A stretch of DNA of 64,000 nt from Paraspadella gotoi (taxonomy: Eukaryota > Animalia > Chaetognatha). Location: assembly GCA_051294375.1 (NCBI GenBank), contig CM119264.1, positions 22,324,709 to 22,388,708 on the forward strand, read 5' to 3'. The notes beneath the pieces were generated by a model. The model was not told the DNA's origin. It did no database searches and saw only the letters and a list, made by a program, of their open reading frames with translations. A program made the position numbers and the translations under genes. Position 1 is the stretch's first letter. Each line of letters starts with the position of its first letter. Shown here one piece after another: positions 49,325-63,387 of the stretch.

Positions 49325-52300
49325 CAAAGATTGACTCGGCCGATTCCAGTTCATCTCGAAGCAAACGGTTAGATTATTCTTTTATTTTTTAAATAACGAG
49401 TCAAACTTTTGTTTTGAATTTTGTAGCTTGGTTTTGGATTCTCTTTTTTTTCTTCAGCGCTAAGAGAATTTTTTTCAGTTTAACTTTATAACAAAAAATA
49501 AATCCGATTTTTTTTTACACATTTATTAATTTAAAATCACGTGACTCTTATACCGTAATTTGACCTTTTTATCCTATCGACCATTCAAACATTTTACCTT
49601 TTCTGGGTGTGTATCTCGTTTTGTCGTTTCCATCTGTAAAGTTTGAAAATTGTACATATTATATTTTACAATTCATCAAATTAAAAGGCGAACGACTAAG
49701 ACTCAAACGACCCACTTCTGGCGAGGCTTCGCGCGCCTCTGGAGTCCTTCGCTTTTTCGGCGAGTCCTTTGATTTAGGCGAGTCTCTTCCGGCGGCCGAG
49801 TCGGCGGAGTCGGCCGAGTCGGCGGAATCGGCCGAGTCCCGATCGCCCGGTCGCTCGACATCTACATGAGCGTCGTCGCGGGCGTCGTCGGCCTCTTGGG
49901 AATCCTCCGTCTCTTCTCCCGTCTCTGTTTATTTATTTCCTTTTTTTTAAATTTTATTAATCTTTAAATAGTATTAGATTGTATGGATTGTCTATTTTTA
50001 CCGTCGTCGGTTCGTCTCCGCTCTTTTCATCAAGCGATCGGTCGGTTCGTTTCGAGCGGCGCGTTGCAAACCCTTCCCATCGGTCATCGAACGGAATGGG
50101 CGAGACGTCCCCGCACTATCATTGTCGACGGCGTCCGGGTTCGCCTCTAGCGGCCTGCTTCAGTTCGTAGACGAGCCTTTCGCGCCCGCCGCCTGATCGT
50201 TGAAAGTCAGACGGTACATATAAACTCTGTGAGTTACTAATTACTTGTTACGAACTAGGGACAAAAAGACAAACACAAAACAAAAACAAAAGGAAAACTA
50301 AAATGTTTAGACTTTAGTAAAGTTCTTTACCATATGATTAAAAGGTTTAAAAAGTAGTTAATCGTTATACTAAAAAGTACATACAGTCAATTGTCATGGG
50401 TCATTGTCATTGTCATTGTGATTCGACCTTCATCGCGCTGTCAAGTTCCGCGCAGGACGAGATCGTGAGGACTCCTCCTCCATCCGGGTCAGCCTCGTAT
50501 CCGCCTTCGACGCTCGACGCGTCCAGAGCTGTCGACCACTTCAAGGGCTGGGCGAAGGGGACCTCGGGACCGAAACGTGGTTAACAGGTTATTAATATTA
50601 TTTCTAATCTATGAATTACGAAATTACGATTAATATATTTTTTAAGTTAACATAAATTTGTTGATTGATTTAGCTATTTATGAATGGATTGATTATTTAA
50701 TTGACTGATTTTGGACTCGAACATTTTGGACATGGAAAGAACCTCATACAGAGATTCATAAAATAGTAACACAGATACACAAATGGACAAAAAAAAGGAC
50801 ACCAAAATGGGACTCACATCTTTAACTTTATCATTTCCTCCCAGATCCCTCGCCGCATCGAGAATTTCTGTTAAGAGGCGATCGTTTTCGTCGTTATCTT
50901 TAATGAAAGTTTTTCCGTCTGTCGACTCCCACTCTATCCCCTTCGTCAACGTCTGTCCCATTTTGCTAGAATTTTAATAACTGTCCTTGTTTTGTTTTTT
51001 TTTTTATGTTTTTTTTATGTAAGAACAACTTTAGGTTTCGTTCTATGACTGGATTTTGTATTTCGGTTGCCACGGAGAGGCCGACCCTAGAGACGGTCGC
51101 AGTTCTTTTCGAATCTGTCTCAGCTATTCTTTTGTTGGCTCGCCTGACGTGCGAACCCTGTAGAGGCGCTGACGTCTTTCCTAGCTTTATTTTTGAAATA
51201 AAACAAGAGGTATCGTTGAGGTTCTTTCGTCAATCGGAATTTAGTAATAAATAAAAAAAAATATTTGTGCTTTCATTTCAAGCGAAATTAATTAATCNNN
51301 NNNNNNNGAATTTAGTAATAAATTTAAAAAAATATTTGTGCTTTCATTTCGAGCGAAAAAATAAACAAAATTAATTAATCTATAACTGACAATGTTTTAT
51401 TTTTTACCTTTTTCTAGACAAACTTTTTTAGTAAAGTAAATTATTTTTAACCATTCTTGGAGGTGATTGAGTTTTCCACCGGGAATTCCAAACTTGCCCG
51501 ATCGCGTGTCTCTTGACAACTATGTAGTCGTTCTCGAATGATTTAAGACATTATCCTTTTTCTGGAACAAGGTTAAATTCTAGAATTTGGACGAAATGAG
51601 ACTTTAAAATTGTATTTAGCATCAATTTACGAACGTCACAAAACATGAATAACCGGGTTCACGCGAATAAAGACCGAGGAAAAGGCGGCGGGGAATACCA
51701 AGGTGAGTTTTAACATCCTGCCGTAAGTAGTTACAACACCTACTTTTGGTCTGTTTATTTGATTAGCTCTGTTTAGACAGTGCATGCAAAGATACCTATT
51801 CTCTCACATTGTCTCCTCACAAGTATCACCCTTTATCCCTCGTTATTCGTCAACGCTCCAAATCGGTTTCAGTAATGCTTGACTTTGTTGGTCTTGTGAC
51901 CTTCGATGATGGAGAACCTTTCACATATTCTCGCGATGTTCACATTTTCACGTGACCTCGTCTTCGTTTGCATAATTAACCGTCGGAAATTGTCGCAAGA
52001 GGTCGTCGATGAGGAATTAGGCAACGAGATTCCGTCTGCGGGTGTGGACGGGCTTTGTTTTCACTGTCTTTTACGTACAGTTTGTTTTTTACATTTTTTT
52101 TTAAATTCTTTTTAATAGTTTTTATTCTGTTCTGATAGCATAACTATACAGTAAACAATGACGATCAAACGTTTTCTTGAACGGACATCACAAGAATCTC
52201 TGAAAGTCCGCGTATTGCCCGACTCCCTCGCCCAATCAGCGCCGAACCCGGGCCGCCTCGTTAAAAGCCGGAATTTCGCGTTCTTTCGCGTCTCCGTTCC

Positions 52301-53295
52301 CATGGCGATCTTGCTTCGCCCCCGCCTCGTTATTTCCGATCTCCCCCTCGTCCCTGAGAATTCTCGTAAAAGCCGAATCTCGTCCCCCTCACATCCGAAG
52401 CGTCTTCGTTAAAAGCCGACGCCCGCGAATTCTCTCGGGACATCGAAAAAGTAATTTTCTTCGATCGATGAGATAAGAGGCAGTCGGTCGCCTTCTGCCT
52501 CTCCCCTTTCCCCCTCCCTTTCGCCTAGCCACCCACGGTTCTCCCTCGCCCACCCGCGCCCGCCCGCCCGGCGCCATTATGAAAGTTTTATGAGGTCCGC
52601 CGAATAATAGAGGCTGGGTCGTCGCTTCAGTTTCATTACGAGGGTTCCTCGGCATATTTCCAATTAGAGAGAAGCGTCTTCCCCGAGGCCTTGTTTCCGC
52701 CCCCCCTTCCCCCCGACCCCTCCCACGCCCACTTCCTCGCTTCATCTCCTCGCCGATCGGAAATTAATCACTCTTGGCTCAACTCCCTCTCTTTGCTTCC
52801 GGGGATTCCGTCTATCTTTTTTTTTCTCCTCTCTCTGACTCTTTCTCTATTCGCCTTCGCCTTGTGACGATGGTTTATATTCTTTTTCTTCATCAAAAGC
52901 TATTTAAACTGATCAAGTGGACTATGGCGATGGAACGAAGGCGTTACCGCTTAAAATTCCAGTCGCTGGGGATTTGACGCGATCGAGGGCCGGTTATATA
53001 CCTTTTTTTTCATAGCCACTTTTGACACTCCTTTTTCTAATCAATAAAACGTTTTTTCGCGTCAATGTTTCTGGCTTAATTTTTTCGAAGCTCTTTTCCC
53101 CAAACGTTTCGCTATCACGCAATAGTCGCAACTCTCTTATCATTCCATCTACGACCATCTCAATCTTCTCTACATCTCTACCACCCCGTCATATCACAGC
53201 CACCCTTCTCCATCACCCCCAGCTCAACTCCTCCCCTCTTTTCATATTCCTCGTTCTTTTGTTCTGCTTATTTCTACGACACAATGGATCACATT
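49325..53295. repeat. Copy 2 of the ~3.9-kb tandem duplication; contains in-frame ARMC4 coding exons 1-2 (ATG 50961)
   Basis: Same ORFs recur (47336/52112, 44976/49609); contains an N gap at ~51298. Confidence 0.95.
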
Positions 53296-53345
53296 TTTTC
53301 TTTTAATTAGACAAGGGCTTCGTCGGCGCCCGATGGGTGTGTGAG

Positions 53346-53454
<109 letters not shown>

Positions 53455-53518
53455 GACGGGCGATGCAAGAACATTATTCATGAGTTTCGGAGACTACGGC
53501 GAAGATGTAGGCGAAGGA

Positions 53519-53549
<31 letters not shown>

Positions 53550-53784
53550 TTGGTGGCGGCAACGACGACCGCGTCGAAAATGTCGTTGAAAGACAAAGAC
53601 GAAAACGTTTTGGGGGACAGAGATGCCGCTGAATATGGAGAAACATTCGGATAATTTTGCGATGACCGAACGCAAGAGATTGATGCTTTAAAGCTTGTCT
53701 TTTTTTTTTTTAATCGTAGTAAGTTTTCTGTAACGGTTCTGTTTTGCTTTCTCCCGTCAGTCATTTTAAAAAGTTAACATATTA

Positions 53785-53827
<43 letters not shown>

Positions 53828-54689
53828 CGTCTCTTCTCGCTCTCTCTCTCCTCTCTTCTTACGTCTCCCTTTCGCCATTCTCCTGTATTTCCTCCCATCA
53901 ATCTCCTACTCTTCCCCCTCCACCCCTTCCCCCACCACACGGCTCGGCGTTAACTCGTGATGTTTGATGTTTTCTCGTCGTCGCCCCGTAATTAGACTGT
54001 GAGGCTCAGAGTGAGTCCTGATGAATTTTGCAATTCAAATGACAGTCCGCGCGCGCTCGCGAACGAAGGCGATACAATTGTTTAATCTACTCGAGCGGCA
54101 GCGAACGCCCCGACTGTCATTAGAGTCTTCAATTACTGATTGTTCCCCTTGATAGAATTTTCGCCCAGAATCGGCTTTCCAGGCGGTTGGGAGAGAGGGG
54201 GGCGGCGGGGAGAAAGGGACTGATTGGTGAGTTTAGGTGGTGAAGAGAGTATTGATGAGACGTGGTTTACTGGAGTGGGGGTAAAAAGGGTAAGTTTCGA
54301 ATGGAAGTTGGTGAGTTGTTTTGAAAAGGAAAGAGGATTACTGGGGACAGAGACAGTGAGCGGAGAAAGGGACTCGGCGTCCTTTAACGAAGTCGATATA
54401 ACGAAAAACGTTTTGTGAGAAGAGCGGGCCGAAAAGTGGAAAGTTTCAAAGATCGAAGCTTAGAATTGGTTTTTGCACTTGGATTCTTTGCTCTTTAAAA
54501 ACATGAATTTTTTTTCTCGATGTGGAAATGCCAATTCCTTATTTTTTGCTCTTTCCTTTTCCTCCTTATTTTAATGGAACGCTTTCAATTTCGCTCCCTT
54601 TCTCAATTTCTCCATGCAGTTTATTCCTTTCATCATTCCTTCCCTTCCCTTGTCCATCTCCTTTCTCCTCTTTCTCATTTTCCTTTTTC

Positions 54690-54870
54690 GCCATACCCTT
54701 TCCCTTTTCAGTAGATTTCCCTTTCCCTTTCCTTTTTTCCTTTTTCCCTTTTCCCTTTTCCCCTTACTTTTTTCCTTTCCCTTTCCATTTCCTTTTTCCC
54801 TTTTCCCTTTCCCTTTCTTTTTTTCCTTTTCCCTTTTCCCTTTTCCCTTTCCCTCTACTCCTTCCCTTTC
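54690..54870 (+). repeat. (TTTCCC)n-like polypyrimidine tract
   Basis: Degenerate TTTCCC/TTTTCCC tandem units. Confidence 0.85.
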
Positions 54871-54895
54871 TCTTTCCACTTCCCATAGCTCCGAT

Positions 54896-55256
54896 CGTCA
54901 AACGTCGCGTTAATGGTTTGAGGTTTGACTCCCCGTGTCTGGTTCACCGTCGTAATTCGATTAGTCTTTTTTTTTTCAGACAGACATTCGCCCAGCGAGA
55001 CTCTAAGCCGGAAATGTTCCGGAACTCCACGCTCGATATCGAGCCGGTACCGAAGCCCGGAGCTGGCCGATAAAAGGCCGGGAGCGAGACGATTGAACGC
55101 CGGTAGCCAGACAAAAGAGCGCCGATGGAATGCCGATACAACACCGGCTGTGACAGGATAGTTCACCTGTGAGGCTAAGAAAATACAGCTAAACAAAATA
55201 CAGAGAGCCGACAGACCGCCGGAGGCAAGCCAATACATGTTAAACGCCGGTTGACG
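54896..55256. other. Long diverged intergenic stem-loop
   Basis: Collinear nested complementary blocks CGTCAA/TTGACG, GGTTTGACTCC/GGAGGCAAGCC, GTCTG/CAGAC, AGCCGG/CCGGCT, TCCA/TGGA, CGCTC/GAGCG, apical GGCC/GGCC. Confidence 0.7.
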
Positions 55257-56304
55257 TAATACTCCGATATAGTTCGAAAAACAAATTAACGTTCAAATTA
55301 GTATTTATTGTATTATGCGGGTTATGACGAAGAACTTTTTAATTGGGTTGTACGATATACATCCATCGTTTCGATTCTAAAATTTTGTCCAGCGTTCTTC
55401 CGTCGCCCGAGCGAAAAAAATCAGAACCAAGTTCGGTTTTGAACCCCGACCGTTTTTCGTCCCTGTCCGCCTTTTTTTTTTCGCCCAGCCCATTTTCTGT
55501 CCTTGCCCGCTGCGCCTGACCTAAGCCCGACCTCGCCGACGCCCTCCGTCTCGGCTTAAAGGATCCCGTAAAATCGATTAGCCGCCTTTTTGTTCTTAAA
55601 CATCTTTCGTCTTTTCTTTTAATTTTTTTGTAATATTTCAATAATTTTTGAAAGTAAAGCGGTTGGCGCGGAAAACAAAAAATTATCTTGCCGTTCAGGG
55701 TGGGGTCCTGAGGCCGAGGTGGACGGGGTGGAAAGGCTTTGAGCAATTTTATAGAAAAACTGACAAATTAAACTGAGAAGAATAAGAAGTGGAGAGCATC
55801 TGACAAATCGGCGAAACTCGTTCCTCTGATTAATCGGAAATCGTTTTTTTTTTATCCAACTTTTCTAGGTCAACTCGTTCAACTTTCGCGACAATTTTAC
55901 TAGAGCTTTTATAATTTCCGATATTTCTTTTTTTTTTTTAATTTTTGATGATAGTTGAACTAAAAGGTCGATCTTCACTGAACACTTTTTTTAAAGGTTC
56001 TTTCCTGCCTGAATGGGTTGCATATCCAATATTCTGTGCTACTGAAAACTATCATTGCTCTCGAGTCTTCTATTGTTTTTCATATTTTTTTTGGTTATTT
56101 GACAATAAATCTATTCTTTTTGACTTTCGACTGATTGTCGATCCGTTTCAATCCTTCATCAACCTTCGATGAGTTTTTATTACAAAACTTTCGGCTCATT
56201 TCATACGTGAGAGACAAAGAGAGAAAGACTTACAAAGAAATAAGGGAAAGAAAGAGAAAGAGAGAGAAAAAGGGAGGGGGGGAGAGAGAGAGAGAGAGAG
56301 AGAG

Positions 56305-56356
<52 letters not shown>

Positions 56357-56539
56357 CCACCTTATATATATGGCCCCTCTTGGCGTGCGATGAAAAAAGG
56401 GGAGAAATATTTTGTGCTTTAGCCATTTTGAGGCTAATGATGGTCGGCGCATTGAAAACGATTTCAATGCGAGTCGCCGGGGTCGAGATGTGCGGGACTC
56501 ATGGGGCCAGGGAAGGGATATAGAAGGATGAAAGAGATG

Positions 56540-56634
<95 letters not shown>

Positions 56635-57689
56635 CGACCAATACAAGTCAGTTGGTGTACGTAGTATATTATTTAATTTAAATTACTGCACGCTTAAGAA
56701 CCTGAAAACGTGCTAAATACAGCATTTTTGTTTATTTTTCAAAACATTTCATTTTAAGAATATATCAATTTATTCAATTTCAAGCATTAAAACGGTAACG
56801 TTTTCGTTTTCTCTTCTGCTCCGTGAAATCGCTTCGTCGCCTAATTAGTTTTAAAACGAATCCCGCTCAATTAAAATCGTACAACTCGACAGCACTGCCT
56901 CAAAATACTTCACTTAAGGTCATTTTCAAAAGAATTCATTGCCGATTTTACTTTTTAATGCTCGAATCGAATCGAAAGGAAATGAAAGCGAGAAAAAATA
57001 CATGTATCCCCTTAAGTTGATTTTTTGTTGTCTCCGTTTCACTGTTCACCATCGGTTGCCCCGTGCACTCACTAATAAAATTACGAATTTTTAAGGGGAT
57101 GCCCACTCGTTTAAAACATAATACAAGTTTTTTTCGATTTAATTATAAATAATGATCGAATGATAAATAAAATAATTTTAGTAAGAGAGAGTGACGGTGA
57201 GAGAGTTTGGGTGAGAGAGAAAGGAAGTTTAAAAATTATTTTTTTATTTTGCTTCATGGTTAGAAAAATTTATGATCTAAATCATGGCCTATTGCATTTT
57301 AGACCAAATCGCTTTATCGATCCTTTTTTTTCTGTCGTTTCTTACAGTGATTGTTGATTAAAGCGAAAAGTTCTTAAATCCGTTTTCCAGCGTTGCCTTC
57401 CCTTAAAAGACAGTTTTCCGTCCCAGCCAAATTTTTTTAATTTTTTTGGCTGAAAGACCCAACGGGCCATTGGACGTGAACTCTCCGTTTGTCATAAAAA
57501 AAGAAAAAGAAAAGAAAAAGCAATAAACGAATAAATTCTTTCGAATAATTTTTTTCCGCTCTTCATGTCGACGTCATCCCGGAAGGATTCGATTCTCATC
57601 CAGTGACTCTGCAATTGCTGCTGATCAAACTCCGCCTTTGCTTCGCTCACTTAGTTTTGCGCTCTCTTTCTCTCTTTTTTTTTCTTTCC

Positions 57690-57720
57690 CTCTCTCTTTT
57701 TCTTTCTTTCTTTCTATATT

Positions 57721-57807
<87 letters not shown>

Positions 57808-57820
57808 CTCCTTTCTTTCC
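57690..57820 (+). repeat. (TTTC)n microsatellite
   Basis: Directly visible. Confidence 0.95.
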
Positions 57821-58846
57821 ATCTTGACCTTAGTCACCACCCACTTCTTTCACGGACCACCCCTTATTAACTCTGTAACTCTAGTATCCCGGAAAGGCGT
57901 GAATCGTGACGCATCGACGCATCCAGTATTTTTCACGCGTAATTTCGTCAACTGCGTGATATTTTTTTCTTTTTTTCCTCACTTGATTTAATCCCTGGCA
58001 TAAAATCCCGTCGAGTCACACACAGACTCTTCCGCTCTTTTTGTGCCTCTATGCCCTCATCCTCGTCGCCACATTCGTCGTCGTCGTCATCGTCGTCACC
58101 ATCGTCGTCGTCGTCGTTATTTATTTTATTTAGGACGGAAAAATTCGCCTTTGCCCGTGTGTCATCGAACAAAAAAAAACGCGAATCTAAAGCGGAATTA
58201 TAAAGCAAAAAAAAAAATAAACAAAACGTAAATAAAGAATTTTTCGCTTTCCCGTATTTTTGCTAAGATAAGCCAAGATCATCTGGACCGCGTTGAAGGT
58301 CACTTGGTGCGGCTCGCATCTAATTTCGAAGTCACTGAGTTGTCCCATTGCTAAATTAACGTTTAACAAGTAATCTCTTGTCAAATTTATCCCTCTCGCA
58401 AGCGCAATTTGTTTTTAAAGCCATCGTGTTTTGCCAAAGGAATCCGTTGAAATTCTGATATCCATTTCATAAAAATTTTAAACCTTATTTTCATTTTCAG
58501 TATTATTCCTTTATATATAGCCATTATTGTATAATGTATTTTTTAATATGTATGTACATTACTTGTCGGTCCCACTCCGGTTTTCCGCCGTTGTTATACC
58601 TCTATTCACGCCCCTTATTTGACGACCCTTTCCTTAGCTCGTTTCTTCAGAAACCCTAAACACGAAAGAACTCTATTCAAATTCAGCCCCGGCGAGCTCA
58701 GCCGGACTAATTGATCGTAGGGCTATGGAAACACTTATTTGAGCCCTTTTGAAATTACTTTAATTAAGAACGTTTTTCTTTTATTCCTGGTTTCATTTTT
58801 TCCGTATTTTTCTCTTTTCTTTCTTTTTTCAATTACTTTCTTTTTT

Positions 58847-58889
<43 letters not shown>

Positions 58890-59062
58890 CTCTTTCTCTC
58901 TTTCTTTCTTTTCCCATTTTAACAAATAGGTGCTCCCTTATTTAATTAAGATTCTCCCATTGTTTTCTTGGTTAGTGTGAGAAAAACCTTTCGATTTTAA
59001 GACGGATTATTCTGCATAGTTTGATAAAAAAAACGAAAGAAATCTCTCTCTCTCTCTCCTCT

Positions 59063-59127
<65 letters not shown>

Positions 59128-59282
59128 CGCCGACATATTTTTCTTAAAACTCGCAATCCATCGTTTGGTCCTAAGAAAACATCTTCCCACTCGCAAAAAC
59201 AAAAAAAAAAAAAAAAAAAAAAACGGCCCAAAACCAAAAAAACAACAACGCCCACTTTTCTCTCCCGCTTTCAGCCGCCGCA

Positions 59283-62200
59283 ATGTCCATGGAGGAATAC
59301 GACCACGACTACGACTACGATGAGGAGGACTTGGAGGCGTCGGCCAAGTGCAAGCGTTGCGCCTTGGGAGACTTCGTGCCCCTCGTCGTCCTCACCATGC
59401 TTATGATGGGCTACTGCCTCTTGGGTGGGTTCGTCTTCGCCGAGATCGAGAACAACTGCGAAGGCGGGTAAGTGAAGAGGGGTGGGGTCGTTGCGTCGAC
59501 AGCGTGGCAAATATTGTGATATCTCAAACTCGTTTTTGCTAAGATGAAAGAGTAAACAGTGTTTAAAAGTTTATTAAACAAGTAGAGATAGTAAATTTAA
59601 CATTTAACTCATAATTGAGAATAAAATTAACACTCGTGACAATACGAAAACCTCAGTTTTTTTCATATTTTTCCAACCGTGAAAGTGATCCGAGGTTAAT
59701 TTCTCTTTTATTTCACATTTGTTGAGGCACATAACAACAACCACGCTAAAGCCGACAACAACAACAACAAAAAAAAAAACAACCAACCTTTCGTGAAGTT
59801 CCGAAGGGCGGCCGAGATGAGAGACGGATATTCTCATTATCTCCGCAATATATATTCATATATAGAATTTTTCTGTCACGAAAGGGCGAGGCGTATTTCG
59901 TCGCCGGCGTCGAAAAGTTCAAGCTCAAGAGATTTTGACAATCAGAGAAAAAGTTATTTGTGGTGAACTTTCTCGACCCCGTTCGTAGTACGGTTTTTTT
60001 TTTTTTTTTTTTTTTTTGCTGCGGTGGGGAAAAAACTAATTGGAAGAATGCGTTTCTTAATCTTATCTCTTTTTTTTTGTGGTTCCGTAAATTACTATCA
60101 ATCTATCACTGCTGTATATTGACCTTTAAAGAGAAGACAGAAAGTTGTAACGGAAAGCAGGAAACAGTTGATGCATATATGCTAATCCTTGATAAATTTT
60201 TTTTTTCGAAAGAAAAATAAAAAAGATATAACTACTAGAGCGTAGTGAAACTTTAATACGAAAATTCTAAATGTCAATTATGAAACAACATACCATCAGT
60301 GGACAATAACTTGTAAAAAAAATTAATTTTATGTTCTTCAATTTTTGCAGTAGGCTATATTTATATATAGTACTATCCTTATAAAATCGAAAAAATTCCA
60401 AATAGGCTTTTCCTAATTTTGATTGCAGATTTGAATTCTCGTTGATAAAAGAAAATATAAATCATTTTTAAATATTCTTTCATTAAGTGGGTTAAAAATT
60501 AAAAAAACTATAATTAATATATAAAATTGTAATTTTCATCTTAATATATAGGTTTTTTTTTTATCAACTTAATGAAAGAATTTTTAAAAAAGAGATATAT
60601 TTCTTTCTATCAACTTTTCATGACGAATCCAAATCTGCAAAAAAATGTTACAAAAAATAATTTTGAAATTTTAACATTTATCGGATTAGTACTAGTATAA
60701 ATATAGCCTACTGCGTAAATTGTAAAATTTATTATAAAATTGTTTTATACATAAATGTTCATTAGTATAATGTTGTTCATTCCTCACTTTTAGAATTTTA
60801 AACAAAGTTAAATTGATAATTTTTACTACGCCTTAATACCTACTATTTGTATTTTGGGATTTTTCCATTTTTCACCCCCTTCCGTCCCCATCAACTTCCC
60901 TCGCCCCTCGCCCCCAACTCCAGCACCAACTCCAGCTGCCCCAACCCTCCGTGGACGCTCAGCAATGGCCTAGAGTACGCAGTGACGCTCGTGACGACGA
61001 TCGGTTACGGTCACATCGTCACCGCCTCGAGCGTCGGCAAGATCGTCACCATAGTCTACGGGGCTTTCGGCATTCCGCTCTTCTTCGCCTGCTACATCAA
61101 AATCGGCAAGATAATGGCGCACTTAGTCCTCTGCATCTACAAGGGCTGCCTCTGCGGCGGACTCTGCAAGAGGGGCGCCGATGAAGACGACGACGACGAC
61201 GGCGTCAACAACCTCAACACGATGGGATCCAGGGTCTCGACCTTTAGTCGTCAAGTCAGCAAAGTCGAGAAGAAAAAGGTGGGCGCCGAAAAAGTGGATT
61301 GTGNNNNNNNNNNNNGGGCGGTGTGGATTGAGTTCGATGATTGAGTTAGATGATTTAAAAGGGATTCGAGGCCACAAGTTTTATCTAAAATTAAAAACCC
61401 ATCGATATATTCATTCATTTGTATTTAATTCTTTGAAATTTGAGAATGTCACTCTTTGCCGGCGGACAGGCTACCTTCAGTGTTGCGTTCTCGCAAGTTG
61501 AAATTCTGTACGAAACTACAAAGTAACAAAAATAATATAAAATGCAAAAAAGAAGAAACAAGTGACACTAGACCTATTCTTGTTGGACAATTTCGAAAGT
61601 CTTGATCGCATTGCTATTCGCTCTTACACACTTTTGTCAACAGGCGGACCGAGGGCGCTTCGGCGCTGTCATCCTGGGCGTCGTCATCTTCATTGGTTAC
61701 ATCGTCGGAACTTCATTCCTCCTACAAAGATATTTCGACTTTGGGCAGAAGGTCACAATCTTGGACGCTTTCTACTTCAACTTCGCTACGGTGTCCCTGA
61801 CGGGTAAGATGGAAGCGGATGAATAAAGAATTAAATGAAAGAACAAAGGAAAGGTTGTAGGAATAAATGAATGAATGAATGAATGAATGAATGAATGNNN
61901 NNNNNNNTGAATGAATGAATGAATGAATAAATAAATAAATAAATATATGATTAAATGAATGAATGAATAAATCAATCAATCAATCAATCAATCAATTAAT
62001 CAATCGCTTAATGAACGTATAAATGAATGAATAAAAGAATAACGTGATGTCGATGATTATTAAAGCAGTAAATTTCAAAGAATGAGGGAATGAATAGTCG
62101 AATATATAATAGAAAATGTAGTTAATGGCTATTTAAATTGTCTCGTTGCCTTTGAATGAACCTGATATTTCATTATTAATGAACGATTCTCTTCCAAACC

Positions 62201-62433
62201 CCTCGCTCCTTCCTCAAAACTCACGGGATTTTTCTCTCCCAGGTTTCGGTGATTATACCCCACAACTCGGCAATCTCTTCCAGCTCGAGGACATGAATGG
62301 TTTTTGGACGACGTTCGTCTTCTACGTTTATCTCTCCAACGGAATCGGTCTCCTCTTCATGAACGTCTTTCTCGTTCGTTTGGAGGTGAACCGACTCTGG
62401 TTCGTCATCAAGACGAGGCTCAGCATCGTTTGA
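59283..62433 (+). CDS. Two-pore-domain (K2P/KCNK/TWiK-family) potassium channel, ~296 aa
   Basis: Exons 59283-59467, 60924-61278, 61644-61803, 62243-62433, phase consistent. M1 GYCLLGGFVFAEIE; P1 VTLVTTIGYGHI; M2 GKIVTIVYGAFGIPL; P2 LDAFYFNFATVSLTGFGDYTP; M4 follows. Confidence 0.92.
60236..60835. mobile_element. hAT-type MITE related to 11717-12329, in K2P intron 1
   Basis: Ends TAGAGCGTAGTGAAA / TTTTACTACGCCTTA; 8-bp TSD ATAACTAC / ATACCTAC (1 mismatch); long internal IR (GCAGTAGGCTATATTTATA...TATAAATATAGCCTACTGC); shares GTTGATAAAAGAAAATATAAATC with the first MITE. Confidence 0.75.
61860..62035 (+). repeat. (AATG)n/(AATA)n/(AATC)n compound microsatellite in K2P intron 3
   Basis: Directly visible; contains an N gap. 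Confidence 0.95.
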
Positions 62434-63259
62434 AACGGACGGACGGATCGACAGAGACGGACTAAGCTTGCGGCGCCAAAAACCCCCACCGAACCTCGCG
62501 GCAAAAAATGACCAAACTTCCCCTCAATGCAACCCTGATACTTTCTTCTCCGCCTCGTGGTCACCGGAAACCGCCACTGTGGACTCGGCAGTCGGCACCC
62601 TTTGGATTACACGGTGTGATGGCACGCGCGTCTTCCCACGCTTCGAAGTTAGAGGCGTGGCGAGATCTTGCGTCCTCCCGAAGTCCCAGACGTTCCCAGT
62701 GACTTTCTGAACTTTCTTGTTTTTTCCCTTAATTTCTGCCAAAAAAAAAACAAACTAAAAGCTGAATTAATAAATATCTCGGTACAGCATCTTCGAAAAT
62801 TCCCTTAGTTCTCTCATTAAATTGTAGGCTTTTTTTTTTTCGAAACTAACTAATCGTTGCTAACAAGCTAAAATGCTATCATACCTTCGCACAATGTGTT
62901 AACACGTATAAAAAAACCATGGCAAATCAAAAAAACTCACTCTTCATCGTTATATATGTAATAGCTGTCGTTAGAAAACTAAATTCGATGTATGTACATA
63001 GATCTCGCTTATCATTCCTTTTTTTTTTTTCTACGATATTGTAAAAAAATTCGCTTTGGTTATGTCTCCAATTTAAATTTTTCGTATTAATCCGAGTTTA
63101 TTTGTTGGAAACAATTATTTTTTATTAATTTCCTCGTACCGTATTTGATATTCGACCGACTAATAGAATGCTCGTAAACTACAATCGTAAACATTTCGAC
63201 ATTAACGACTTCGCCAAGCAGAGAGGGAGAAAGAGTGTAAGGGAATGTCAATGAGCAGA

Positions 63260-63387
<128 letters not shown>

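Noticed and set aside
53479-53631. Short acidic + strand ORF MSFGDYGEDVGEGDDDD...
   Set aside because: About 50 codons, (GAC)n-driven, with no splice or homology support.
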